A stretch of DNA of 23,395 nucleotides, taken from contig JAWCFL010000008.1 of assembly GCA_038858525.1 (NCBI GenBank), positions 1 through 23,395 on the forward strand. The letters are read 5' to 3'. Shown here piece after piece: positions 7,574 through 16,829 of this stretch (position 1 is its first letter; the number at the start of each line of letters is the position of its first letter). The stretch comes from Candidatus Jordarchaeales archaeon (GTDB lineage: Archaea > Asgardarchaeota > Jordiarchaeia > Jordiarchaeales > Freyrarchaeaceae). Under the pieces are notes generated by a model that saw only the letters and a program-made list of their open reading frames with translations, did not search any database and was not told the origin of the DNA. The translations under genes and the position numbers were made by a program.

Positions 7574-7613
7574 GGGAACACCTCGGAGATACTAGTTGAA
7601 GGTGTGAAGGGAG

Positions 7614-7629
7614 TCATAAAACTTTTTCG
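7614..7629 (-). promoter_or_regulatory. BRE-TATA promoter of the Isf gene
   Basis: Minus strand CGAAAAAG-TTTTATGA about 40 nt upstream of the ATG, which has the SD GAGGTG. Confidence 0.65.
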
Positions 7630-7744
7630 TTGGCCCAATAAGGTGGGTTGTTAACATGAAAGGTTTGCTTATTATATGCTGACAGTGAATTTTGCTTGAG
7701 CGTTTTGCTTGATGTGCTGAAAGGGAAAAGTATTTTTTGATGAG

Positions 7745-7775
7745 TAATAACGTTATTATGTGATTACGTCGTAAT
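7745..7775. promoter_or_regulatory. Two palindromic operator candidates upstream of the second vapBC
   Basis: Perfect 14-bp palindrome TAATAACGTTATTA (7745-7758) and ATTACG-T-CGTAAT (7763-7775). Confidence 0.6.
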
Positions 7776-8031
7776 GGTGATTATTTTGAAAAAGTACACC
7801 ACGATCCCCGTTCTCGTTGAGGTTAAGAGGATTCTCGACGAGGCTAGAAGTGGCAGAGAGTGGAGCGAGTTTCTTTTAAGTCTCCTTAACGAAAATAAGA
7901 GGTTGCAGAGAGTGCTTGCTGCGAGGAGCCTGCAGGAACGTTTCAACCTAGTTGAGAAAAGCGTTTTAGAGTCACATGAAAAATTCAGAGAAGGATTCAA
8001 GTTTAGGGGTGAAGAGGAGGAGCAAAGTTGA
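7774..8031 (+). CDS. vapB: Archaeal VapB-type antitoxin (probable RHH-like); alternative start TTG 7786
   Basis: YTTIPVLVEVKRILDEARSGREWSEFLLSLL fits a strand-helix-helix pattern; 4-nt overlap with the PIN gene; SD GGTGA precedes TTG 7786. Confidence 0.72.
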   Translation: MVIILKKYTTIPVLVEVKRILDEARSGREWSEFLLSLLNENKRLQRVLAARSLQERFNLVEKSVLESHEKFREGFKFRGEEEEQS

Positions 8032-8423
8032 AGATCGTCGCAGACACGGATGCCTTGATCCTCCTCGCTAGACTTGGCAAGCTTGATCGCTTCGTCGAAA
8101 AATATGAGGCGTGCTTAACAGTAATAACAGAGTACGAGTACGTCAGAGGCGAGGCGAGGGCAGGTGTACCTGCTGAGAACTCAAAAAAAGACGTTCATGC
8201 AGCTTTCGAAGTTCTACCCTTAAACAACAAAGCGGTTGCCGTTGCGAGTACTATCTGGGCGGAGCTAAGCAGGAGGGGTGTAATATTGGACGAAAGAGAC
8301 CTTTTAATCGGAGCGATATGCATATCGAGCAACACTCCTCTTTGGACGCTTAACAAGAAACCTTTCGAAAGACTTCAAGAGTTCGGGCTTAAGCTAATAG
8401 ACGTAGATGTAAGCAATCTTTAA
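8028..8423 (+). CDS. vapC: VapC PIN-domain ribonuclease toxin
   Basis: KIVADTDALI, ITEYEYVRG, ERDLLIGAICI, LWTLNKKPF. Confidence 0.88.
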   Translation: MKIVADTDALILLARLGKLDRFVEKYEACLTVITEYEYVRGEARAGVPAENSKKDVHAAFEVLPLNNKAVAVASTIWAELSRRGVILDERDLLIGAICISSNTPLWTLNKKPFERLQEFGLKLIDVDVSNL

Positions 8424-8850
8424 GCAAAAGTGAGGATAAACCGTTTTTAACGGCGATCAAGTCCTCGGCGGTACCGAAAACGCGCAAAATAATCCATGAA
8501 AGTGAAATAAAAATGTAGTAACATGTAAAGTTGTTGGCTAACTGAATTTTTTATGAAAATGTTGGAAGTAATCGATGAATCCATTTGTAACCTATCACAG
8601 GTAACCGATTGATGACCGGGGTGAGCTGCTACATTTACATGAACACCGGAATGGAAGTCCTAAAAGAACAGCAAATCGGGAAAAGTGTTAGTTCTGTAGT
8701 TTTAGATAAAAGAGAAAAAAGAGAAAAGCGTCCTTGGAAAGAGAGGGGTGAAAAACAGGAAAAAAGGAAAGGATAAAGCACGGGATTCAAATTGAGGTAG
8801 GCTAAAGGCTAAATTTGGGGAGATATTTATTTTTTGTAAATCCTAAAAGA

Positions 8851-8865
8851 AAAAAGATTATATAT
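8851..8865 (+). promoter_or_regulatory. BRE-TATA promoter of the acyl-CoA ligase
   Basis: AAAAAGA-TTATATAT about 30 nt before the first possible start codon. Confidence 0.55.
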
Positions 8866-8923
8866 TAACATAGCATCTAAATAAAGGGATAGGTTGTCAG
8901 GTCAGTTGTTGGAGGGGTGTAGT

Positions 8924-10591
8924 GTGAGTGTTTTGAGAGGGTTTCCAAGCACTATGATGGATGACTATCAGCTGAACGTGACGAAGGTTCTTGAGAATGC
9001 GTCTAAGGTCTACGGTAAGAAGGAGGTTGTTTCGAGGCGGGTGAGCGACGGAAGCATTTTCCGCTACACATACAAGGATGCTTGGGAAAGGGTTCAGAGA
9101 GCGGCGAACTTTCTGGTTGACGAGCTGGGGGTTAAGCCGGGTGACAGAGTTGGCGTCATAGGGTGGAACACGCACAGGTTCTTCGAGCTTTACTACGCTG
9201 TGCCAGGGGTAGGTGCCGTGGTGCATGAGATAAACCTCAGACTGAGCCCGGATGACCTAACGTATATAATAAACCATGCGGGCGACAGGGTACTTTTCCT
9301 AGATGATGGGCTTGTTAGGCTACTGGTTGAAAGCGTCAAGGACAAGCTTAAAACCGTTGAGAAGTTCGTTGTTATGAGTGACAGCAAGGAGGTTGACACG
9401 AGCCTTAAGCCGGCATACAGCTATGAGGCTTTGATGGACAGTGCCAAGCCAAGTTACAAGTTCCCAGTGATAGATGAGCGTAGCGGAGCGGCAATGTGCT
9501 ATACGACGGGAACAACCGGGAAGCCGAAAGGCGTTGTCTATAGCCACAGAGCCTTGATGCTCCATTCAATAGTTGCAGGTTTGCCGTCCACGATAAACGT
9601 GAGCGAGAAAGACGCCATGCTGGTCCTTGTGCCCATGTTTCATGTTAACGCGTGGGGTATGCCTTACGGTGCTCCAGCAGTTGGAGCAAAGCTCATCTTT
9701 CCAGCGCAGTTCTATGCGCCAGACATGATACTTGAACTCGTAGAGAAAGAGAGGGCGACCATAGCTGCTTCGGTGCCAACAATATGGATCATGGTTGTGG
9801 ACTACCTTAAGAAGACCGGTAAGAAAGTTGACCTCACCGGGCTCAAAATAGTGTTTGGCGGTAGCGAACCGCCACTAGCCCTAATGAAAACCTTGGCTGA
9901 GATGGGTGCAACGGTGCAGCATGCTTGGGGCATGACTGAAACAACTCCTCTTGGAACGGCAAATATAATCAAAAGCTACCTTGAAGAGACTCTTTCGGAG
10001 GAGGAGAAGTGGCAGCTTATGACGAAGCAGGGACTGGTTGCACCGATGTTGGAAGTTAAGATAGTTGATGAGACAGGAAAAGAGCTTCCATGGGACGGAA
10101 AAACACCTGGAGAGCTTCTCATTAGAGGTCCATGGATAGCCAAGTCGTACTATAACGATGAAAGGTCTAAGGACGCGCTCCTAGACGGGTGGTTCAGGAC
10201 GGGAGACATAGCCACGATAGACCCTGAAGGATACGTCAAGCTTGTTGACAGAGCTAAGGACCTGATTAAGAGTGGAGGAGAGTGGATTAGCAGCGTTGAC
10301 CTCGAAAACGCCATAATGGCTCACCCAGGCGTAAAGGAAGCCACCGTAATCGCCGTTAAGCACCCGAAATGGCAGGAGAGACCCCTAGCCGTGGTTGTTC
10401 CGAGAGACGAGTACAAGGGCAAACTAACGAAGGAGGAGATAATAGAATTCATCAGGCCGAAGTTCGCCAAATGGTGGCTTCCCGACGACGTAGTATTCGT
10501 GAACGAGATACCGAAAACCAGCGTGGGCAAATTCGACAAAAAAATACTAAGAGAGAAATACAAGGATTACAAGCTACCGACAGCAGAATAA
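8924..10591 (+). CDS. AMP-forming medium/long-chain fatty-acid-CoA ligase (ANL superfamily)
   Basis: [15 protein letters not shown]-binding motif, [53 protein letters not shown]. The start is GTG 8924 (SD GGAGGGGTG) or TTG 8894. Confidence 0.95.
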   Translation: MSVLRGFPSTMMDDYQLNVTKVLENASKVYGKKEVVSRRVSDGSIFRYTYKDAWERVQRAANFLVDELGVKPGDRVGVIGWNTHRFFELYYAVPGVGAVVHEINLRLSPDDLTYIINHAGDRVLFLDDGLVRLLVESVKDKLKTVEKFVVMSDSKEVDTSLKPAYSYEALMDSAKPSYKFPVIDERSGAAMCYTTGTTGKPKGVVYSHRALMLHSIVAGLPSTINVSEKDAMLVLVPMFHVNAWGMPYGAPAVGAKLIFPAQFYAPDMILELVEKERATIAASVPTIWIMVVDYLKKTGKKVDLTGLKIVFGGSEPPLALMKTLAEMGATVQHAWGMTETTPLGTANIIKSYLEETLSEEEKWQLMTKQGLVAPMLEVKIVDETGKELPWDGKTPGELLIRGPWIAKSYYNDERSKDALLDGWFRTGDIATIDPEGYVKLVDRAKDLIKSGGEWISSVDLENAIMAHPGVKEATVIAVKHPKWQERPLAVVVPRDEYKGKLTKEEIIEFIRPKFAKWWLPDDVVFVNEIPKTSVGKFDKKILREKYKDYKLPTAE

Positions 10592-10627
10592 TTCACTCAT
10601 ATAAGGCCGTTCCCTTTTATGTTTCTT

Positions 10628-11011
10628 TTATATTTCTAGAGGAGTGCTTTTCTCTATGCAGTCCCTGTGTCTTTGAAGCATGTCGTCCAAAATCTTTTTC
10701 AGGTTTTCTTTTGGCATGAAACCTACAACTTGACCGACAATCCTTCCAGCGCAGAAGAAGATAAGTGTCGGTGTGCCCATGACGCCATAGCTAATAGCCA
10801 GCCTCCTGTTTCCTAAGCTTTGCAACACATTGACTTTAACAAACTTAATTTTTCCTCCATATTCCTCTGCAAGCTCGCCTATAATAGGGTCAAGCATAAG
10901 GCACCATGGGCAGCGTTCATGCCAGAAATCTACAACGGTAAGCACATCGGACTTTAAAACCTCATCCTCCCAGTTAATTTCATCCACATCCAAAACCACC
11001 AAGCACATCAC
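10628..11011 (-). CDS. Thioredoxin-family protein (CPWC)
   Basis: VVDFWHERCPWCLMLDP, IKFVKVNV, GVMGTPTLIFF (cis-Pro motif), VGFMPKENL. The true start may lie a few codons downstream, after the SD GGGTGA. Confidence 0.9.
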   Translation of the reverse strand: MMCLVVLDVDEINWEDEVLKSDVLTVVDFWHERCPWCLMLDPIIGELAEEYGGKIKFVKVNVLQSLGNRRLAISYGVMGTPTLIFFCAGRIVGQVVGFMPKENLKKILDDMLQRHRDCIEKSTPLEI

Positions 11012-11384
11012 CCAGAGTAGTTAGGTAAAAATGTTAAGTTAAGGATTACTGTTTTCCTCAATGTTTTTTCCAAGAAAGGGGGTCATGAGCAGACATGATA
11101 AGTTGAGCACCTCGGTTCCGGATGACAGTTCCACGTGTTCCTCGCATTACCAGTAGGCGGCTACGTCCACTTTCACTAGCTTATAGACATGCAAGCTTTA
11201 AAGTAGGCACGAAGCTCATCAGTTACATAAATCCTCAAACAAATATCCTCAAAAAATCCCGTTTCTATCAAAGTTTAAACCTTCGTCCTCACAAGTCCAT
11301 TCTATGGTGCCCCTGTCATGGGGCCTTACGATGTTTTATCCTGCATTCCATTCCTTTTTTCTGTTATTTAGAATAAACTGTTTT

Positions 11385-12782
11385 TCATGCGGTTTTATTA
11401 ATTCTGTCTAGGACTTGCTTGTATTTTGCTAAGTATACTGCTGCCTTTGCTGCTCTTTCCGGGGTAGGATATACCGGGATCCCGCCCATTTCAAGCGCCT
11501 CTACTTCACTTTTCACAAAGTTTCGCGGTGCGTGAAGTGCGACTATGGCGGGCTTTCCCGACTCTCTGACCACTTCAACCAGCATCTTGGCTATCGAGGG
11601 AACTGCTGGGTGGTAGAGCTGAAACATTATGAGCATATCCACATTACTATCCTGTATCGCAAGTCTCACCGCCTCCAACCCAACCTTGGGATTATAGGCG
11701 AATGCTAAGTCAACTGGGTTTGACCTAATAGTCATAGGAGGGAGAAGAGACTCTATTTTCTTTCTGGTCTCCTCGGTGAACTCGGGCAGCTCTAACCCGT
11801 TACTTTTACACACGTCTGATATTATTATGGCTGGCCCAGCCTGGACCGAGACCAAGGCGACTTTCCTACCTTTCGGAGGCTTAGTGATGGATAGCGCTTT
11901 AGAGGCGTCAAAAAGCTCCGTGACGCTGCCAACCGAGATGATGCCTGCCTGCTTGAAGAGTGCATCGTAGAGCCTGTAATCTCCAGCCATCGACCCGGTA
12001 TGCGAAATGGCTTCTCTATCCACTTTAGCCCTCCCAACCTTGTATACCACTATAGGCTTAACCTTCACTGTTTCTTTAGCAGCCTCCAAGAAGCCGCGTG
12101 GATCATCCAATCCCTCTATGTGCAACGCTATGACCTTTGTTTTCTCGTCTCGAGCAAGATACCTTATCATTTCAGGGAAATCTATATCGCACCTGTTTCC
12201 GAGACCGACTGCTAAGCTGACCCCAAGTCCCTGCGTTATGGCATCATAACAGAAGAGATGGCACACACCTCCACTCTGCGTTACGACCGCTATGTTTCCA
12301 GCCTTAAGCTCGCCCAGCACATCGGTAAACGTAGCGTTAACACCAGCATGAGCGTTCACAAAGCCAAAAGTGTTCGGGCCCAGAATCCTCATGCCGGAGC
12401 GACGAGCCACCCTAACCATTTCTTCTTGGAGACGCAAGCCATTACCTCCCACCTCCCTGAACCCTGCTGTTATGACGACGACGCCCTTAACACCCTTCTC
12501 AGCGCACTCCTCAACAACCCCTAGAACCTGCTCCGCTGGCGTTACTATCACAGCTAAATCGACTTCACCCGGCACATCGAGAATTGAGGGATAAGCCTTC
12601 AGCCCTTGAACAACGCTATGATTAGGGTTAACAGGGTACACCTTACCTTTAAAGTTAAGTAAACTCTTAAGGCAGTAGTAACCCATCTTAAATGGATTCT
12701 CGGAGGCGCCTATCACAGCAATAGAGTTAGGGTTAAACATTCTTTCAAGAGCATTAAAGCCACCGGAATAACTCAACTTCAC
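11385..12782 (-). CDS. acdA: ADP-forming acetate/acyl-CoA synthetase alpha subunit (NDP-forming acyl-CoA synthetase family)
   Basis: FNPNSIAVIGAS, YPVNP, VDLAVIV, GPNTFG, TQSGG, GNRCD, phosphorylatable His in SHTGSMAG, SNPVDL, VYPTPERAA. No ATP-grasp beta domain is fused. Confidence 0.92.
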   Translation of the reverse strand: MKLSYSGGFNALERMFNPNSIAVIGASENPFKMGYYCLKSLLNFKGKVYPVNPNHSVVQGLKAYPSILDVPGEVDLAVIVTPAEQVLGVVEECAEKGVKGVVVITAGFREVGGNGLRLQEEMVRVARRSGMRILGPNTFGFVNAHAGVNATFTDVLGELKAGNIAVVTQSGGVCHLFCYDAITQGLGVSLAVGLGNRCDIDFPEMIRYLARDEKTKVIALHIEGLDDPRGFLEAAKETVKVKPIVVYKVGRAKVDREAISHTGSMAGDYRLYDALFKQAGIISVGSVTELFDASKALSITKPPKGRKVALVSVQAGPAIIISDVCKSNGLELPEFTEETRKKIESLLPPMTIRSNPVDLAFAYNPKVGLEAVRLAIQDSNVDMLIMFQLYHPAVPSIAKMLVEVVRESGKPAIVALHAPRNFVKSEVEALEMGGIPVYPTPERAAKAAVYLAKYKQVLDRINKTA

Positions 12783-12952
12783 TCCTCCAGGGCTTTTGCA
12801 AATCTTCTTTCAAGAGGAGAGAAAGTAGGGGTTAAATACTCTGCGGGCTTCAAAGTCTCCTTATTAGAGGCTGTCTTAGGGTTCATGTAGCGCCAAGGAG
12901 GGTTTAACGTTTAAATAAGGAGGACTTAATGTTCTTGTTTTAGGTGTTAATT

Positions 12953-13735
12953 ATGAGTGTTATTTACGTCAGGAGAAGTTGTGGGGACATTGGAAGAGAC
13001 GTGGCGGCGTTACTTGGTGGCGCCGGCGTCTCCATCGATGGAAAAGTTGTTTTAAAGCCTAACTTAATAACTTGCGAGAAGCCGCCGACAACAACTCCTG
13101 TCGACGTCGTTGAGGCTTTGGCTGATTGGTTTATGGATCATGGGTGCGATGTTACTGTGGCAGAGGGTTCAGGGTGGGGGGACACGTGGGAAGCATACAG
13201 TGTTCTAGGCTATGCTAGGCTGGAGAAGAGAGGAGTTAGACTTGTTGACTTGAATGTGGATCGGTACGAGGTGGTAGAAAATGAGGCGGCTTTCGTGCTT
13301 AAGAGGTTTGAGCTCCCCTTAACACTTAAGGGTGCCTATGTGGTATCGGTTCCCGTTTTGAAGGAGCACTCCATAACGGGGGTCACGCTTTCATTAAAGA
13401 ACATGCTTGGAGCAACTCTCGGCGAGAAGGGCAGGGTGGCGAGAAAGGGAAGGTTCCACAGGATGGGGCTCGATGAATGCATAGTCGACGTTAACTTGCA
13501 CATTAAGCCGAGCCTCGCAGTCATAGATGGCAGGGTAGCGGGTTTCGGAGGCGAACTGGGATCGAAGCCGAAGAAGCTTGGCGTCGTCATAGCTTCAAAG
13601 GATCTAGTGGCAGCTGATGCCTATGCCTGCACGCTCCTAGGTCGTAACCCACTTACAGTTAGACATCTAGTACTGGCGTGGAAGAAGGGACTGGGAAACG
13701 TTAACCTCAACGAAGCAAAGATAATCGAAATATAA
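12953..13735 (+). CDS. DUF362 family protein (predicted Fe-S protein)
   Basis: VVLKPNL, TTPVDVVEAL, VAEGSG, SVPVLKEH..TGVTLSLKNMLG, LAVIDG, ASKDLVAAD. ATG 12953 follows the SD AGGTG. Confidence 0.88.
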   Translation: MSVIYVRRSCGDIGRDVAALLGGAGVSIDGKVVLKPNLITCEKPPTTTPVDVVEALADWFMDHGCDVTVAEGSGWGDTWEAYSVLGYARLEKRGVRLVDLNVDRYEVVENEAAFVLKRFELPLTLKGAYVVSVPVLKEHSITGVTLSLKNMLGATLGEKGRVARKGRFHRMGLDECIVDVNLHIKPSLAVIDGRVAGFGGELGSKPKKLGVVIASKDLVAADAYACTLLGRNPLTVRHLVLAWKKGLGNVNLNEAKIIEI

Positions 13736-13784
13736 AGTGAAAGCCAGTTCTGGAGGCAGAAGGGGAGAAGAGGGCATGAAGTGC

Positions 13785-14042
13785 TTATCCTTGAGTAGTT
13801 CTCGCCTTTAGGGTTTTCTTGAGCCTCATCATGAGGGTGTAAATTTCGCCTATTAGTTTCATGTCATCTTCTGTTCTCTCAGTTTTCTCCCTCAGCAAGG
13901 CGTTGTAAACCTCTTCAAGCTCTTTGATAAGACTCTGAATGTCCTCAGCAGACATCGTTGACTCAATAGGCTTAGATGGATCCAAAATAGCCAAGTTCAC
14001 ACCCCCACATGAGTCAGCATCACTTGAGCAGTTAAACACCAC
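13785..14042 (-). CDS. Small hypothetical protein with a predicted C-terminal helical hairpin
   Basis: 85 aa; amphipathic helices EDIQSLIKELEEVYNALL and DDMKLIGEIYTLMMRLKKTL; the promoter-like CGAAAAATAAATAA just upstream suits a leaderless start. Confidence 0.55.
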   Translation of the reverse strand: MVFNCSSDADSCGGVNLAILDPSKPIESTMSAEDIQSLIKELEEVYNALLREKTERTEDDMKLIGEIYTLMMRLKKTLKARTTQG

Positions 14043-14096
14043 GTTTTTTGGAAACCCCTTATTTATTTTTCGCCATTAATGTCCAACATGAACGAG

Positions 14097-14678
14097 TTAG
14101 GGTGAGGACGGCGCCCACTTAAATGGCGCCCCCGCGCTTCCTCCTCCACTCCTCTTCTCATTTGCTCTTTTAAGTATATCCTTTATCTCACTTACCGCTC
14201 TGCTCAGCACGTCCTCGACCTCTGTCAGGACATCGGAATATTCCTCGCCGAGGCTCATTAACTCCCAGAACAGCGAGTAAGTTTCTCCGATAATTCGGCT
14301 TATAGTTGACGAGGCGGTTTGAATCCATGGCGAGAGAAGCCAAAAGAAGTGGCGCCCGCCGCAAAAAGGCCCTCTCTCGGTCTCCTTTAGTTCCTCCAGC
14401 ATTTGTTTTCCCTTGTCGGTGAGCGTGTACCTTTTTGATCCGTTTCCGAGTATTTTCTGGGATTCCCTAATGTATCCGTTATCTTGCAGCCAAGCCAGGA
14501 GGGGGTATACTGATCCGGGGCTGGGCTTCCAGAATCCGCCGCTCCTCCTGTAAATCTCCTCCATTATTTCTGCTCCAGACATGGGTTTCTCTGAGAGAAG
14601 CAGTAAGATATACCTTTTAAGGTACCCTTTAGGTACGGCTGCGGTATGCCTCATCCACCGTCTAAACTCATGGTGCAT
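14097..14678 (-). CDS. PadR-family transcriptional regulator
   Basis: GYLKRYILLLLSEKPMSGAEIMEEI...WKPSPGSVYPLLAWL...KRYTLTDKGK; SD GAAGGTGA. Confidence 0.93.
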   Translation of the reverse strand: MHHEFRRWMRHTAAVPKGYLKRYILLLLSEKPMSGAEIMEEIYRRSGGFWKPSPGSVYPLLAWLQDNGYIRESQKILGNGSKRYTLTDKGKQMLEELKETERGPFCGGRHFFWLLSPWIQTASSTISRIIGETYSLFWELMSLGEEYSDVLTEVEDVLSRAVSEIKDILKRANEKRSGGGSAGAPFKWAPSSP

Positions 14679-14697
14679 TTCATCACCTTCATCGTGC

Positions 14698-14742
14698 TTG
14701 ATATCGTTATTGATATCGAATTAGATAAATATAAACTTTTCC
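14698..14742 (-). promoter_or_regulatory. PadR promoter (BRE-TATA) with a TTGATATCG x2 operator candidate
   Basis: Minus strand GGAAAAG-TTTATATT at 14728-14742; TTGATATCG at 14698-14706 and 14710-14718, each holding palindromic GATATC. Confidence 0.62.
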
Positions 14743-14793
14743 AACAAAACAACGAAAACGGAAGAAACGGCTTCACACGACAAGAAAGAAGAG

Positions 14794-15414
14794 CTAATCT
14801 ATCAAAATTAAACCCGTCAGTGTTACTATGTCACGGGCGCACCACTTGACGCTTAAACCGACTTTCTCAAGAGTACCCTGCACGTCTATTCCCACGGCTT
14901 CCATGCTCGGCCGGGCTTCAAGGGGATGCTTACACGGCTCATTTACGTCGCACTCGTCGCAGAGAGGGCATGACCCAGCGGCGAAGCCCACAGCAAACCT
15001 ATACCCTTTTTTGAAGGACTCTCTTTCAACGCCGGAGATAACGTGGTTTAGTAGTCTCCAAGCCTGCCTGCCTCCCCTCATCAAAGTCTTACTAAAGTCT
15101 TTGTCTGATAGCAACTCCTCCAGTTTCGCATCACTTCGAATGCGGCTCTTAATGTCCTCTGTCAATGGGACGTCTAGTTGAACTATTAGCGCATGCTTAT
15201 ATCTTGCAAGGTACTTCCTGAAGTCCTCAGCGGTTGGGGTGAATGGAGGACACATCCTGTTCCTTCCATAGAAGGGGCATGGAGGGTACCTGCACTTTAA
15301 TTGGACGCGCTCGTCAACTACGATAGCGTCGACGGGAATTGGCTTAGCTCTGCTCGCCCCAAGGGTGACCGCGAGCCTCGAAAGTTCCTCTAAGTCCTTC
15401 TCAATGCGGCTCAA
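14794..15414 (-). CDS. DUF2284 family predicted metal-binding protein
   Basis: VVDERVQLKCRYPPCPFYGRNRMCPP, GFAAGSCPLCDEC, CKHPLEARPSMEAVGIDV. Confidence 0.88.
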   Translation of the reverse strand: MSRIEKDLEELSRLAVTLGASRAKPIPVDAIVVDERVQLKCRYPPCPFYGRNRMCPPFTPTAEDFRKYLARYKHALIVQLDVPLTEDIKSRIRSDAKLEELLSDKDFSKTLMRGGRQAWRLLNHVISGVERESFKKGYRFAVGFAAGSCPLCDECDVNEPCKHPLEARPSMEAVGIDVQGTLEKVGLSVKWCARDIVTLTGLILID

Positions 15415-15449
15415 TTAAGGCACACCGCCGCCAAGCTTAACTTCCGGGA

Positions 15450-16748
15450 TTAGCTGTAGCGTTCCAAGTGGTTGGGTAGGAGAGCGTTTGCCTCTATTAT
15501 TTCTCTGTAGAGACTGGCGCTTGGCCTAGGTTTTCTCTCCATGGTTTCAAAGTCGACTTCAACTAAGCCGAACTTCATTTGGTAGCCGAGCACCCATTCA
15601 AAGTTGTCTATAAGGGACCAGTAAATGTACCCTCTAACGTCTGCTCCCTTCGATATCGCCTCATGAACCGCCTTCAAGTGCCTTACTATGTACCTGCATC
15701 TTTGCTCGTCGTTTCTCGTGGCTATCCCGTTCTCCGTCACCACCATTGGCTTACCATACTTTCTAAGTGAAAGTAGGACCTCTCTTAGGCCGTCCGGATA
15801 GACTTCCCACCCGTAATCTGATAGCTCTGCTCCTTCAGGGAAGCTTGTGAATGGAAGGGGGAAAACCTCACCCTGAGGAGTGCAGAGTGTTCTACTGTAG
15901 TAATTTATTCCTATGAATTCCCATGACGACTCAAGGTAATCAAATTTCTCGCCGTTTCCCAGTGGAGGCTGGAACTCTCCTGTGCTGACCGCATCAAGGA
16001 AGCACCCGTTAAAGAACCAGTCTCGCCTCTGCGCCTCCTCCACGTCGTCCTTAGATGATGGGTCACGGGGCTCAAAACGGGGGACCTGCTTTACTAGCGC
16101 CACTTGAGGCTTCGGGTAGCCGAGCTCCTTACATGTTTCATGTATCGCCACGTAAGCTCTTCCATGGGCGAGCGCAAGGTTTCTAGCTGCCGTAAGGCAC
16201 TTCTCTAGGCTTCTTTCTCCCGGGGGGAATATGCCGAACAGGTAGCTCATCGTGGCGACGATCATGGGCTCATTTATCGTGTTGTAGAAGGGAATTAAGT
16301 CCCCTAAGTGCTCTACTATTTTTCTCACGAAGGACTCGAATATTTCAGGGCTCTCAGGGTTAAGCCAGCCACCTTGCTCCTCGAACCATACGGGGTTAGT
16401 GAAGTGGTGGAGTGTTATCATGGGCTTAATGCCGCGCCTTTTAAGTGCGAGTATGACGTTACGGTAGTGTTCAACCTCCCTAATGTTTATCGTGCCCTGC
16501 TTGGGCTCTATTCTACTCCACTCGATGGACGTCCTGAAGACATTCAGCTTCAGGGAGGCGGCTATGTCAAAGTCCTCCTCATACCTGTTATAGTGGTCGC
16601 AGGCCCTGCCAGACACAGAGCCATCAAAAATTTTTCCTTGCTGCTCCCACTGCCACCACTGGTTGCCTGTGTTGTTCCCCTCAACTTGGTGAGCTGAAAC
16701 CGCGCACCCCCAAAGGAAGCCGTCGGGAAAAACGAGACCACCCTTCAA
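15450..16748 (-). CDS. Glycoside hydrolase family 1 (beta-glucosidase/beta-galactosidase)
   Basis: FPDGFLWGCAVSAHQVEG, FRTSIEWSRIEP, TLHHF, acid/base TINEP, IGINYYS, nucleophile VTENG, YWSLIDNFEW. TTG start with SD GGGTGA. Confidence 0.96.
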   Translation of the reverse strand: MKGGLVFPDGFLWGCAVSAHQVEGNNTGNQWWQWEQQGKIFDGSVSGRACDHYNRYEEDFDIAASLKLNVFRTSIEWSRIEPKQGTINIREVEHYRNVILALKRRGIKPMITLHHFTNPVWFEEQGGWLNPESPEIFESFVRKIVEHLGDLIPFYNTINEPMIVATMSYLFGIFPPGERSLEKCLTAARNLALAHGRAYVAIHETCKELGYPKPQVALVKQVPRFEPRDPSSKDDVEEAQRRDWFFNGCFLDAVSTGEFQPPLGNGEKFDYLESSWEFIGINYYSRTLCTPQGEVFPLPFTSFPEGAELSDYGWEVYPDGLREVLLSLRKYGKPMVVTENGIATRNDEQRCRYIVRHLKAVHEAISKGADVRGYIYWSLIDNFEWVLGYQMKFGLVEVDFETMERKPRPSASLYREIIEANALLPNHLERYS

Positions 16749-16829
16749 ACTTTCACCCTAAACAGGAAGAAACATTAAAGAATTTAAAAGTTCCGAGAAT
16801 CTAGTGGGAGGAGAAATAGGAGGAGTATA

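Noticed and set aside
11040-11384. ORF 11122-11376 or a structured RNA in the trx-acdA gap
   Set aside because: No SD, motif or family signal; only a 5-bp hairpin (GCCCC-N6-GGGGC, near 11309-11324) that is expected by chance.
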